The notes beneath the pieces are model-generated. The model had not been told where the DNA came from and made no database searches. It was given only the letters and a program-made list of their open reading frames with translations. A stretch of DNA of 64,000 nt from Salarchaeum sp. III (GTDB lineage: Archaea; Halobacteriota; Halobacteria; Halobacteriales; Halobacteriaceae). The position numbers were made by a program, and so were the translations under genes. The stretch lies in assembly GCF_036418315.1 (NCBI RefSeq), contig NZ_JAZHPG010000024.1:137947-201946 (forward strand), in the 5' to 3' direction. Position 1 is the first letter of the stretch. Every line of letters starts with the position of its first letter. Below, one piece after another: positions 40,889-49,620 of the stretch.

Positions 40889-43024
40889 GTGCTATTTACA
40901 CTCAAGATACTTCGGTGGATACTCGGCCTATTCATCCGAATCATCACGTTCCCGTTCCGACTCGCCCGCCGTCTTCTCAGCAGTAACGCACGCAGCCGCG
41001 CGGCAGGCGCGTCAAGCGGATTCGGTGGCGGGTCGGTCGCGTCGACCATCACGGACCAACTGTCGAACAACCCGAACGTCGTCGCGCGCGGCAGCAACGC
41101 GCTCCTCACCGTCGCCGCGTTCCACGCCCTCGTCGCGGTCACCGGGGCGCTCTCCCTGGAGACGTTCTTCTTCCTCCGCGACCTCCTACCGACGACGCCG
41201 CTCGTGTTCGTCGTCGAATCCGCTCAGAGAGGACTGCTCTATCAGGACGCGCTCGCTTCGCTCCAGGGTGGTGTTCCGCCCGAACTCGTCGGCTACGCCG
41301 CCTACTTCGGCGCGTTCTTCTACGGCGTCACCGGGTACGGTCTGCGCCGGGGGAACTGGTACGCCGGTGTCGCGGGTACCGCCGTCGCGTTCGTCGGAAC
41401 ACTCACGCCGTTCCTCACGACGGGCGCGTCCCTGGTATCGGGCGTCCTCGGTCTCATCGCGTTCGTCAGCGCGGCGCGAGCCACGTACGCTGTCCGCGCG
41501 CTCGACGCGGGCACGCTCGCTCTCTCCAGTCCCGCGGCGTGGTCGCCGACGCGGCGGTTCACCGCGGTGTTCGCGGCGTTCACCGCCGGCGTGGCGGCCG
41601 AACCGTTCTTCATCGCGTTCACCGTCAACGTGCCCGCTGACCTCTGGTTCGTCCCCGCGACGCCGATCCCGTGGGTGCTCGTCGATCTGCTCGGCGTCCA
41701 ACTCTCGAACATTCTCGCCATCTACCTCGAACTGAGCGTGTTCGCCGCGGTCACCTACGGCCTCGCCCGGCGCTCGCAGGGCGCGTGGGTCGCCGCCGTC
41801 GGTCTCGGCGTGTTCGGCGTTCTCAGACCGTTGCTCGACCTCGGGTTCGCGGCCACATCGTGGGTGGCGATACTCGCCTCGCTCCTCGCGCTCGGCCTCG
41901 CGTACCAAGCGGGACCGTTCAACGGCCGGGACCGCGGTGCCCCAGACAGCGCACCTGCTCAGACGGCAGAGCGAGCGAGCGAGGGCGTCGACGAGAACAC
42001 CGGACCGGACTCAGCGGACCGGTCGGTGAGCGGGTCGTCGGACCCGGACGTGTCGGCAGCGTCCACGACGGCCGAGGCGGCCACATCGGACGCCCCCACG
42101 ACGGCTGACTCGACCGAATCAGCGCAGGCAGAACCGGCCGTATCCGAGTCTGTCTCGGCGGACGCGGCGACCGCCGAGACAGACGCGGCGGACCCGACGA
42201 ACGGCGGTACGGACGACGCGGACGTGCGCGACGACGACGACGAGCCAGCGCCGACGGTCGCCGCGGACGCCGTCGGACCGGCCGCGAGCGCGGTGGCGGC
42301 CGCGAACGACCGCGTAGTCTGCCTCACGGACGACGCGGCGGTCGCAGTGGACGACGACGGGGAACAGTGGCGGACACCCGGCTCGTACGTCGGCGTCGCG
42401 TGTCGCGGCGACCGAACGTATCTCGCGAGCGCGGACGGCGAGGTCACCGCGCTCGACGCCGACGGCGGGGACGCGTGGGTGTTCCCCCACCAGTTCAGCA
42501 AGCCGACCGCGGCCGGCCCGGTCGTCGCGGACGGCGCGGTCGTCGCGGCGAGCGAGGACGGTCGGGTCGCCGCGCTCGCGCCCGACCGAGGGGATGTCGC
42601 GTGGAACGCGTACCTCGACGCCGCCCCGAGCGCGCTCGCCCCGACCGGCCGCGGCGTGTACGCCGCCCGGACGGACGACATCACGGCGGTCGACGCCGAC
42701 GGCGTCACGTCGGTGGGGCCGGTCGAGAACGCAATCGGTCTGGCGAGTGTCGGCGACACGGTCGTCGCGGCGACAACCGACCGCGTGACGGGTGTGCGCG
42801 ACGGCGCGGAGGCCTGGACGACGGACGTGTCCGACCCGGTCGCGGTCGAGACGACTGGCGACGCGGCGGTCGTGGCGACCGCGGATGGTGACGTGACCGC
42901 GTTCGCCCCTGACGGAACGACAGCGTGGTCGTCCTCGGTCGACGCAACGGTGCGGGACCTCGCGGCCGACGAGGGCCGCGTCCTCGTCGCGACCGACAGC
43001 GGCGTCCACCCGCTCGAGCGGTAG
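40889..43024 (+). CDS. Membrane protein with C-terminal PQQ-like beta-propeller repeats
   Basis: 711 aa. N-terminal about 330 aa polytopic membrane domain. Roughly 130 aa acidic D/T/A/S-rich linker. C-terminal about 230 aa with repeated PQQ-like blades (DGEVTALDADGGDAW, DGRVAALAPDRGDVAW, etc.). No internal Met, so the N-terminal start is uncertain. Confidence 0.65.
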   Translation: MLFTLKILRWILGLFIRIITFPFRLARRLLSSNARSRAAGASSGFGGGSVASTITDQLSNNPNVVARGSNALLTVAAFHALVAVTGALSLETFFFLRDLLPTTPLVFVVESAQRGLLYQDALASLQGGVPPELVGYAAYFGAFFYGVTGYGLRRGNWYAGVAGTAVAFVGTLTPFLTTGASLVSGVLGLIAFVSAARATYAVRALDAGTLALSSPAAWSPTRRFTAVFAAFTAGVAAEPFFIAFTVNVPADLWFVPATPIPWVLVDLLGVQLSNILAIYLELSVFAAVTYGLARRSQGAWVAAVGLGVFGVLRPLLDLGFAATSWVAILASLLALGLAYQAGPFNGRDRGAPDSAPAQTAERASEGVDENTGPDSADRSVSGSSDPDVSAASTTAEAATSDAPTTADSTESAQAEPAVSESVSADAATAETDAADPTNGGTDDADVRDDDDEPAPTVAADAVGPAASAVAAANDRVVCLTDDAAVAVDDDGEQWRTPGSYVGVACRGDRTYLASADGEVTALDADGGDAWVFPHQFSKPTAAGPVVADGAVVAASEDGRVAALAPDRGDVAWNAYLDAAPSALAPTGRGVYAARTDDITAVDADGVTSVGPVENAIGLASVGDTVVAATTDRVTGVRDGAEAWTTDVSDPVAVETTGDAAVVATADGDVTAFAPDGTTAWSSSVDATVRDLAADEGRVLVATDSGVHPLER

Positions 43025-43077
43025 TCCGCCAAGCGGGGCGGCGGGACGCTTTTGGTATCGGAAATCGACCCCCACGT

Positions 43078-43353
43078 ATGCCGCACCGCTCCGGCGCGTC
43101 GCACGCCGCGGCCGCGCTCGCCACCGTCGTCGTCGGCGGTCTGCTCTCCGATCTCGTCGCAACGCTGGTCGGCGGCGCGGGACTCGTCGACGCTACAGTC
43201 GCAGCCGTTCAGTCCCCGCTCGGGCCGCTCGGATCGTCCGCGGCGGCCGTCACCATGCACGTCGCCGTCATCGTCGTGCTCGCGTTCGTCTGGGGGTACG
43301 CATACCACATCCGGACGTTCGGACGGGAGGACGACGACTGGCGGCGTCGCTAG
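43078..43353 (+). CDS. Small membrane protein (hypothetical)
   Basis: 91 aa MPHRSGASHAAAALATVVVGGLLSDLV... with two TM helices. ATG at 43078. Confidence 0.35.
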   Translation: MPHRSGASHAAAALATVVVGGLLSDLVATLVGGAGLVDATVAAVQSPLGPLGSSAAAVTMHVAVIVVLAFVWGYAYHIRTFGREDDDWRRR

Positions 43354-44441
43354 GAGAGACTCGGGTCTACATCGTCAAGTGCCGCCCGAAGGTGCGCGTC
43401 CGTTATCTCCTCGACGCGCCCGCTCTCCCGAGCATCCGCGAGCGCGAACCGCGCCGCCGTCGCGGCGAGGAGTTCCATGTCGCTCGCAACGTACCCCTCG
43501 GTGTCCGCCGCGATCGCTGGGACGTCCGCGTCGTCAGCGACAGGACGGTCGCGAAGGTGGACGCGGAGAATCGCTTCGCGCGCCGCCGCGTCCGGCGGCG
43601 AGACCTCGATGCGTTCGTCGAAACGCCCCGAGCGCGTGATGGCATCGTCGACAGCGTCGAGGAGATTGGTCGCCGCGACGACGACCACGTCCTCGCCCTG
43701 TATCTCCGAGAGCTCCGTGAGTAACTGGTTCACCATCTGCCGCTCGCTCTGCGTCGCGCGCGCGCCGTCCGACCGCGCTCCCGCGACGGCGTCCACCTCG
43801 TCAATGAACACCAGACACGGCTGGTTCGCGCGCGCAGTCTCGAACACGGCCGCGACGTTATCCGCGGCTTCCCCGACCAGGGAACTCGTCACGTCCGCGG
43901 GCGTCACCTCCACGACGTTGTAGCCGAGTTCGCCGGCGAGCGCCCGCGTCACGTACGTCTTCCCGGTCCCGGGCGGACCGTAGAGCAGGACGCCGTTCAC
44001 CACGCCGAGGTCGTAGGTCTCGTAGAGCTCGGGGTTCGAGAGCGGTTCGACGACGCGCTCGCGCAGCCGGTCCTTCAACGCAGCCATCCCGCCGACATCG
44101 TCGAACGCGAGCGAGGGCGGATCCGAGAGGAATCGGCCCGCATCCGCCGTGTCGGCGTCTCCATCAATCGGTTCCGACCCCGTCGACCGGTCAGTCGAAC
44201 CGTCGGACCGGTCCGTAACCTGATCCGCCGCGGTCCGAAGGTTCTCCGCGAGCGACCGCCGCTCGGCAGCCATCTCCTCGCTCCCCTCCAGGTCCGCGAT
44301 AGCGTCGAGCAGGCGCGCACACTCCTCGTACCGGCGGCGCGCCCGCTCTCCGTTCCCCGTCTCGCGGGCGCGGTCGGCCATCGAGCGGCGCTCCCGGTAC
44401 CGCTTCACGAGCACTTCCTTTTGCGCGCCGTCCCCGAGCAT
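43350..44441 (-). CDS. Vps4-like AAA+ ATPase (MIT-like N-terminal helices, linker, single AAA domain)
   Basis: AAA core LLYGPPGTGKT, VFIDEVDA, SRN region. N-terminal about 100 aa are helical (RARRRYEECARLLDAIADLEG...) then a flexible acidic linker, the Vps4/spastin architecture. Alternative start at M21 (44381). Directly downstream of the Snf7-like gene with no gap. Confidence 0.7.
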   Translation of the reverse strand: MLGDGAQKEVLVKRYRERRSMADRARETGNGERARRRYEECARLLDAIADLEGSEEMAAERRSLAENLRTAADQVTDRSDGSTDRSTGSEPIDGDADTADAGRFLSDPPSLAFDDVGGMAALKDRLRERVVEPLSNPELYETYDLGVVNGVLLYGPPGTGKTYVTRALAGELGYNVVEVTPADVTSSLVGEAADNVAAVFETARANQPCLVFIDEVDAVAGARSDGARATQSERQMVNQLLTELSEIQGEDVVVVAATNLLDAVDDAITRSGRFDERIEVSPPDAAAREAILRVHLRDRPVADDADVPAIAADTEGYVASDMELLAATAARFALADARESGRVEEITDAHLRAALDDVDPSLS

Positions 44442-45086
44442 CTACAGGTCGTCAAGCGCGTCGTTCGAATCGAGGTCGATCGACTCGGCGTCCACATCCA
44501 TGTCGTCCTCGATGTCTATCTGTTCGCTCGACACATCGGCCGCCGCGAGCTGCTCCATTCGCGTCTCCTCTTCGTCCGTGTCCATCGCGATCTCCGCGTC
44601 CATGATGGGGACGTCGAGCGCGGACTGTATCTCCTGTAAGTCCTCGACTTCGACGCCGAACTCCGCCATCCGGTCGAGGATTTCGGACTGTATTTCGGCG
44701 GCGTCAGCGTCCTCGAGCGCGTCATCGACCGCAAGCGCCTCTTCGTCGCGCGAGGACGTTATCTCCCGCATTCCCTGAACGGAGAGCAGCGTCCCGAGTT
44801 TCACGCTCTTCGCCCGGTACTGCTTCTTCTTGATGGCGTACTTCTTCTTCTCGAACTTCGCCTTCTGGGCGTACTTCGTCCGCCGGAGGTCGCTGGCGTC
44901 CGCGCCCTGTTCGAGGAGGGTGCGGTAGGTGGTCGCGTGGTCGTCCATTTCGCCTTCGAGCTTTTCGAGGCGGTGTTCCAGCTTGATAACGTCCTTGCGG
45001 AGTTCGTCGTCGCCGTACACCGACTCGTCGAGTATCGTCGCCCCCGACCCGCCGAACGTCTCGGTGACCCAGCCTTGGAGATTCAT
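44442..45086 (-). CDS. Snf7/ESCRT-III-like coiled-coil protein (putative)
   Basis: 214 aa. Basic N-terminal helices (LRRTKYAQKAKFEKKKYAIKKKQYRAKSVKLGTLLSVQ resembles the Snf7 core RKKRYEKQLAQIDGTLSTIE). Acidic C-terminal half ending in a D/L-rich tail. Forms an operon with the MIT-AAA ATPase. Confidence 0.5.
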   Translation of the reverse strand: MNLQGWVTETFGGSGATILDESVYGDDELRKDVIKLEHRLEKLEGEMDDHATTYRTLLEQGADASDLRRTKYAQKAKFEKKKYAIKKKQYRAKSVKLGTLLSVQGMREITSSRDEEALAVDDALEDADAAEIQSEILDRMAEFGVEVEDLQEIQSALDVPIMDAEIAMDTDEEETRMEQLAAADVSSEQIDIEDDMDVDAESIDLDSNDALDDL

Positions 45087-45220
45087 GACGTATCAGCCGG
45101 TGTGGTACCCGGTGTCGTGTCTAGCTGGCCTGTCCCGTTCCTTAACTGTTTCTCCGGTGAGGGGTCGGTGGCGGGGAACACTTTTGCGCGTCGGCGTGGA
45201 CACTCCGACGAGTTCAGGAG

Positions 45221-46921
45221 ATGACGAGTCCCACCGACCGCATCGACGACATCACCGCGTCCGTGGACGCCGTGGTATCCAGGGACCTCGACGCGCTCGC
45301 CGACTGGTCAGCGTCGGAGCGCGTCGACCGGTACGAACGGCTCGCGGACGAAGAACGCGAGTTCGTGGCAGCGTTCACCGGCCCGCACGCGGACTTCCTC
45401 ACCGACGCGGAGCGTGCTCGCATCCGCGCCGACATCGTGCTCGCCCGGCTCTTCCTCGCAGCGAGCTTCGACGACGAATCGCGTCCCAGCCCGCTTGACA
45501 GCGAGTTCTCGGACCGAGAGCTTCAGGCAGTCGCGGACTTCGACCGCTACAAAGCGTTCGACGCGCTCGACCCCGACGGCGTGGCGGATAGAATCGAACG
45601 CATGGACGGCGAGCTCTACGAACTCGTCCGGGACTACCACGACACGCAGCTCGCGGACCTCGACGCCCTCCTGACCGCCGACGACGTCCACCGTGACGTC
45701 ATGGACCGGCTGGCCGACCGCTACCACGACCGCCTGGAGACGGTTCGGGCGGGCGTGTTCGCGTACGTCGAGTCACACGGACTCACTCGCGCGATGGACG
45801 AGGTCGAGTCGGCGGTTCGGGCGACCGCGGACGCGGCGGCGGAGCGCCGTGCCGCCACGGAACCGCTCGACGGGCGCGTGAGCGCGGACGACGCGGACGC
45901 GCTCGACAGCTACGTCGAGACGCTGAACGAGCGCATCGAGAGACTCGACGACACGAGACGCGACCTCGACGCACTCTCCGTGCCCGAGGACTCCGACGCG
46001 GGCGCGGTCGTGGACGCGGAGCGAGAGCGTCTCGACGACGCGAGACGCGACCTGACGGCGGCGCGGTCGCGCGCGGCGCTCGAACGCGACCGCCGCACCG
46101 CCGCCACCCCCGGCGAAACCGTCGCGCCCGTGTCGGCGTCGCTCGCACGCGTGTTCGAACTCGACTACCTCGGCCGGTTCGACACGTCGATGCGGGACGC
46201 GGACACCCTCGTTACCCCGGACGGCTCCGTAACGGCGCCCGCGGACGAGGCGGGCGAGAGCGCCGTACGCGACGCTCGCCGGTTCTTCGAGAACCGCGAT
46301 GTCGACCCGGACGCGATGCCGCGGAACCGCCACGTTCGCTACGAACTCGGGAACGACGGCGTGTTCTCGTTCGCGCGCGACCCGACGTTAGTCGTACAGG
46401 TCGCGTGCCACGCGTCCCTCGACGCCTACGTTGACAGCGGGTTCGACGACCGCCCGGCCGGCCTCCGAGACGTACTTGACGTGCTTGCGCCCGTCGTCGA
46501 GGACGCGGAACGCGACGACACGCACTACCTCGTCGCGGTCGCGTCGCCGACCGGCTGGAGCGCTGACGCCCGGGAGACGGTTACCGGCGACACCCCGCGG
46601 TCGCGGTTCGGCGCGAGCGTCAGCGTCTGCCTCGTCGACCTCCGCGAGGGCGCGCTCCACTACGACGACGGCGACCCGGTCGTCGACGAGAACAGCCACC
46701 TCTTCGAACACGGCGTGGACGACGAGCGCATCGACGAGTGCACGGCCGCCGTCAGGGAGCGCGTCACCGACCCGTCGGCGACCCACGTCCGCCTCGCGGA
46801 TGTCGCAGCGGACGGGTACGCGGACCGCGTCGTCCGCCGCGCGTTCGACCGGCTCGCGGCGGACGGGTACGGAACGGTCGTCGATGTCGAGGGACACGGG
46901 CTCTGTCTCAGCGCGGACTAG
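45221..46921 (+). CDS. Large acidic hypothetical protein, divergent from the Snf7-like gene
   Basis: 566 aa. Helical/coiled-coil N-terminal half and a C-terminal domain of unknown fold. GC3-rich. Confidence 0.5.
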   Translation: MTSPTDRIDDITASVDAVVSRDLDALADWSASERVDRYERLADEEREFVAAFTGPHADFLTDAERARIRADIVLARLFLAASFDDESRPSPLDSEFSDRELQAVADFDRYKAFDALDPDGVADRIERMDGELYELVRDYHDTQLADLDALLTADDVHRDVMDRLADRYHDRLETVRAGVFAYVESHGLTRAMDEVESAVRATADAAAERRAATEPLDGRVSADDADALDSYVETLNERIERLDDTRRDLDALSVPEDSDAGAVVDAERERLDDARRDLTAARSRAALERDRRTAATPGETVAPVSASLARVFELDYLGRFDTSMRDADTLVTPDGSVTAPADEAGESAVRDARRFFENRDVDPDAMPRNRHVRYELGNDGVFSFARDPTLVVQVACHASLDAYVDSGFDDRPAGLRDVLDVLAPVVEDAERDDTHYLVAVASPTGWSADARETVTGDTPRSRFGASVSVCLVDLREGALHYDDGDPVVDENSHLFEHGVDDERIDECTAAVRERVTDPSATHVRLADVAADGYADRVVRRAFDRLAADGYGTVVDVEGHGLCLSAD

Positions 46922-46922
46922 C

Positions 46923-47447
46923 TCACTGCTCGCGCCCGCACTCCGGGCACGTCGCGGCTCCGCCGAGGTCGGTTCCACAGTACACGCAGAACGACTGGCC
47001 CGCGTCGCTTCCGGACGGCTCGGCGGATTCACGAGGACCGTCGTCGGTCGCGCCGACGCGCGAGTTCTGGACGACGGAGTCCTCGACGGTCGCGCCGTCG
47101 CCGTCCCCGCCGATAGCGGAGTCCTTCACGACGCTGTCGCTCACCGTCGTGGACGCGTCCGTAACGGTCGTCGAATCGTCGGTGACAGTCGTCGAGTCGT
47201 CCACGGACACCGACGTCGTTGACTCCACGGACTTCGTCTGGTCGCCCGAGACGACATCACCGCTTCCCGACGAGTCGACGTTCGAGAGCGCGTCCGCGAC
47301 GAGGTCGTCGACGCCGCTCGCGTCGTCGCCCGTGCCGTCATCGCTCGGTTCGGTGCCGACACCGGGGTCGGAGACTTCCGGGTCGTCGCCCGCACAGTCG
47401 GGGCACGTCCCCGTGTAGACGCGGTCGTGATCGGCGCAGTACGGCAC
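46923..47447 (-). CDS. Double zinc-ribbon protein with central STT-rich beta-repeat region
   Basis: 174 aa. N-term CADHD...CPDC and C-term CVYCG...CPECG. Centre has DDSTTVTDDSTTVTDASTTVSDSVVKDSAIGGD repeats resembling those at the C-terminus of the upstream gene. Confidence 0.5.
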   Translation of the reverse strand: MPYCADHDRVYTGTCPDCAGDDPEVSDPGVGTEPSDDGTGDDASGVDDLVADALSNVDSSGSGDVVSGDQTKSVESTTSVSVDDSTTVTDDSTTVTDASTTVSDSVVKDSAIGGDGDGATVEDSVVQNSRVGATDDGPRESAEPSGSDAGQSFCVYCGTDLGGAATCPECGREQ

Positions 47448-48643
47448 TACTCCTCACCCTCGTCGTCGCCGATGTCGGAGCGGTTCACGACGGAGTCCTC
47501 GACCGTCGTGGATTCGTCAATCTCGGTCGTGGATTCGTCAATCTCGGTCGTGGACTGGTCGATCTTAGTGAACTCCTCCTGCGACACCGTCTTCTCCTGG
47601 TCGCCGACGACGATGTCGCCCTCGCCCGCGTGCTCGATGGTCGGCGTGCCCTCCGCGCCGAGGTCCGCGTACCCACCGTACCGGAACTGTTCGACGTCCG
47701 GCGGGTCGGCGCGGAACGACCGCACGTGTCGTTCGAGCAGCGACCGGACGTACGCGTGCTCGGATTCGGACTCGTTGACCGTGCGCCACGCTCGCGACGC
47801 CACCGCGCCCTCGCCCGCGTCCCGCACGTCCGCGCTCGTGAGACAGTCACCGGCCGCCCAGAGGTCGTCCTCCTCGAGCATCCAGGGGCCGACCGCGACG
47901 CTGCCGAGGTCGCCGTCGTCGCTCACGGTCGCGAGCGTCGCGGAGTCGAGCACAGCGACCTCGTCCGCGAGCACCACATCGCCGTCGAGCGACCTGACGA
48001 CAGGGTTCACGACCGCAGTCTCCGCGCCGAGCGTCACGTCGTCGCGCGCCACGACGGAGAACGCGAGCAGCGAACTCGCCTCCAGCAGCCCCCGGGACTT
48101 CACATCCCCGAGGACGACGAGCGGGGCGTCCGCTCGCACCGTGTTCTCGGCGATAACGTTCCCGTACACGACGAGCGGGCGGTCAACCGTCACGTGGGAC
48201 GCGACGATATCGCCGTACACGACGACGGGGCGTTCCGTCCAGTCGTCGTGCTTCGCGTCGGCCGCCTCAACTGCGACCTCTCCCTCCGAAATGACCGACC
48301 CGCTGACGCGCGCGCCGACGAACGCCGGGTCGTCGTCCTCGCCTTCGAGCGCGGCGTGGCGTGCGCCGCCGTGTTCGATGACGACGCGGTCCCGGCCGAA
48401 CACGGTCCCGTCAACTTGGACGCCGTACTTGCAGTCGACCTCCTGTGCGTAGATACCGACTTCCTCCTGCGGCCGGTACACCGCGCCCTTCTCCAGCGTG
48501 ACCTGCCAGTTCAGCTGCCGGAACGCGTTCTCGCGCGGAATGAGCGGCTCTTCGCACGTCTGGTCGGCCTTCACGGTCGCGAAGTTCGTGTTGTCAGTCT
48601 CGACCTTATCGGACGTGATAGCCCCGCGGAACTCGTCAGTCAT
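47447..48643 (-). CDS. Bactofilin-like beta-helix repeat protein
   Basis: 398 aa. Repeated xVVVYGDIVASHVTVDRPLVVYGNVIAENTVRADAPLVVLGDV units typical of the bactofilin (DUF583) beta-helix. C-terminal TTEIDESTTEIDESTT repeats. Start overlaps the downstream gene. Confidence 0.55.
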   Translation of the reverse strand: MTDEFRGAITSDKVETDNTNFATVKADQTCEEPLIPRENAFRQLNWQVTLEKGAVYRPQEEVGIYAQEVDCKYGVQVDGTVFGRDRVVIEHGGARHAALEGEDDDPAFVGARVSGSVISEGEVAVEAADAKHDDWTERPVVVYGDIVASHVTVDRPLVVYGNVIAENTVRADAPLVVLGDVKSRGLLEASSLLAFSVVARDDVTLGAETAVVNPVVRSLDGDVVLADEVAVLDSATLATVSDDGDLGSVAVGPWMLEEDDLWAAGDCLTSADVRDAGEGAVASRAWRTVNESESEHAYVRSLLERHVRSFRADPPDVEQFRYGGYADLGAEGTPTIEHAGEGDIVVGDQEKTVSQEEFTKIDQSTTEIDESTTEIDESTTVEDSVVNRSDIGDDEGEE

Positions 48644-49619
48644 CCGCGCTCACCCCGGTTCGCCGCGACCGGAGTTCGTACTCGTCGAACGCCTCGCGGA
48701 ACCGCTCGCTCGTGGCGTCGTCCGGGAGGACCGACGCGTCCGAGAAGGCGCGGTCCTCATCAGCTAATCCGTCCCGGACCGCGTCCCGCTGCACGTACTC
48801 GGCGACCGTGTCGGTCAGGTCGCCGTACGCGTGCGTTCCGTGCTCGGAGAGGTAGCTCGCGTACGGGGACGACCGCGTCGGCCGGTGCTCGGGGCTGTCG
48901 CGTTCCAGCACCGGTAACACCCGTATCTCCTCCGTGCCGTTCCGCTCGATACCGACAACCCAGAACGGAACGTGAACGCTCTGCGCGCCGGACACCCCGG
49001 AGACCGACGTCTGCAGGGAGTCGATTGTTTTCGCGGTCCCCTCGCGGTGCGCGAGGAAATCGTCGATGGCGTCCATGAACTCCGTTCGGCTCTCCGAGAT
49101 AGCTGTGAGGCGGTCGTCGTACGTCTCCGTCGCTGGCTCGGCGAGGTCCTCGCTCACCGAGGTCACGCTCTCGCGGCGTTTCACGACGTCCGCAAACTCC
49201 TCGGACACCTGCTCGAACGCGTCGTTCTCCGTCGATATCGAGTTCAGGAACCGGTCTTTCAGCCGGCGGATGCTCTCCTGGTAATCCCGCAGCACGTCGC
49301 TGATACGCTCCTCGTACTGGCGGCGTTTCTCCTCGACCGTCTCCTTCAGGTCGTCCTTCAGGTCGGCGGTCGCTTCCCGCTGCGCGCGCGCCTTCGTCCG
49401 CTCTATCTGCGTGACGCGGTTCTCCAGCTGTTCGATGTTGGTCTGCAGGGACTCGATGGATTGACGCGTGCGCTCCAGTTCGTCCGAGACCGTGGTGTCG
49501 AGCGAGTTGACTTGGTTTTCGAGCCCGGTCGTGTCCACGTCCACGCGACTCCCGATGCGTTGGGCAAGGTCGCTCGAACTCCGCTTCGTGAGTTCCACCG
49601 GCTGCGTGTCGTCCGCCAT
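48636..49619 (-). CDS. Coiled-coil protein (hypothetical)
   Basis: 327 aa. Long heptad-like charged helices (LENQVNSLDTTVSDELERTRQSIESLQTNIEQLENRVTQIE). Overlaps the bactofilin-like gene by 8 nt. Confidence 0.5.
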   Translation of the reverse strand: MADDTQPVELTKRSSSDLAQRIGSRVDVDTTGLENQVNSLDTTVSDELERTRQSIESLQTNIEQLENRVTQIERTKARAQREATADLKDDLKETVEEKRRQYEERISDVLRDYQESIRRLKDRFLNSISTENDAFEQVSEEFADVVKRRESVTSVSEDLAEPATETYDDRLTAISESRTEFMDAIDDFLAHREGTAKTIDSLQTSVSGVSGAQSVHVPFWVVGIERNGTEEIRVLPVLERDSPEHRPTRSSPYASYLSEHGTHAYGDLTDTVAEYVQRDAVRDGLADEDRAFSDASVLPDDATSERFREAFDEYELRSRRTGVSADD

Positions 49620-49620
49620 C

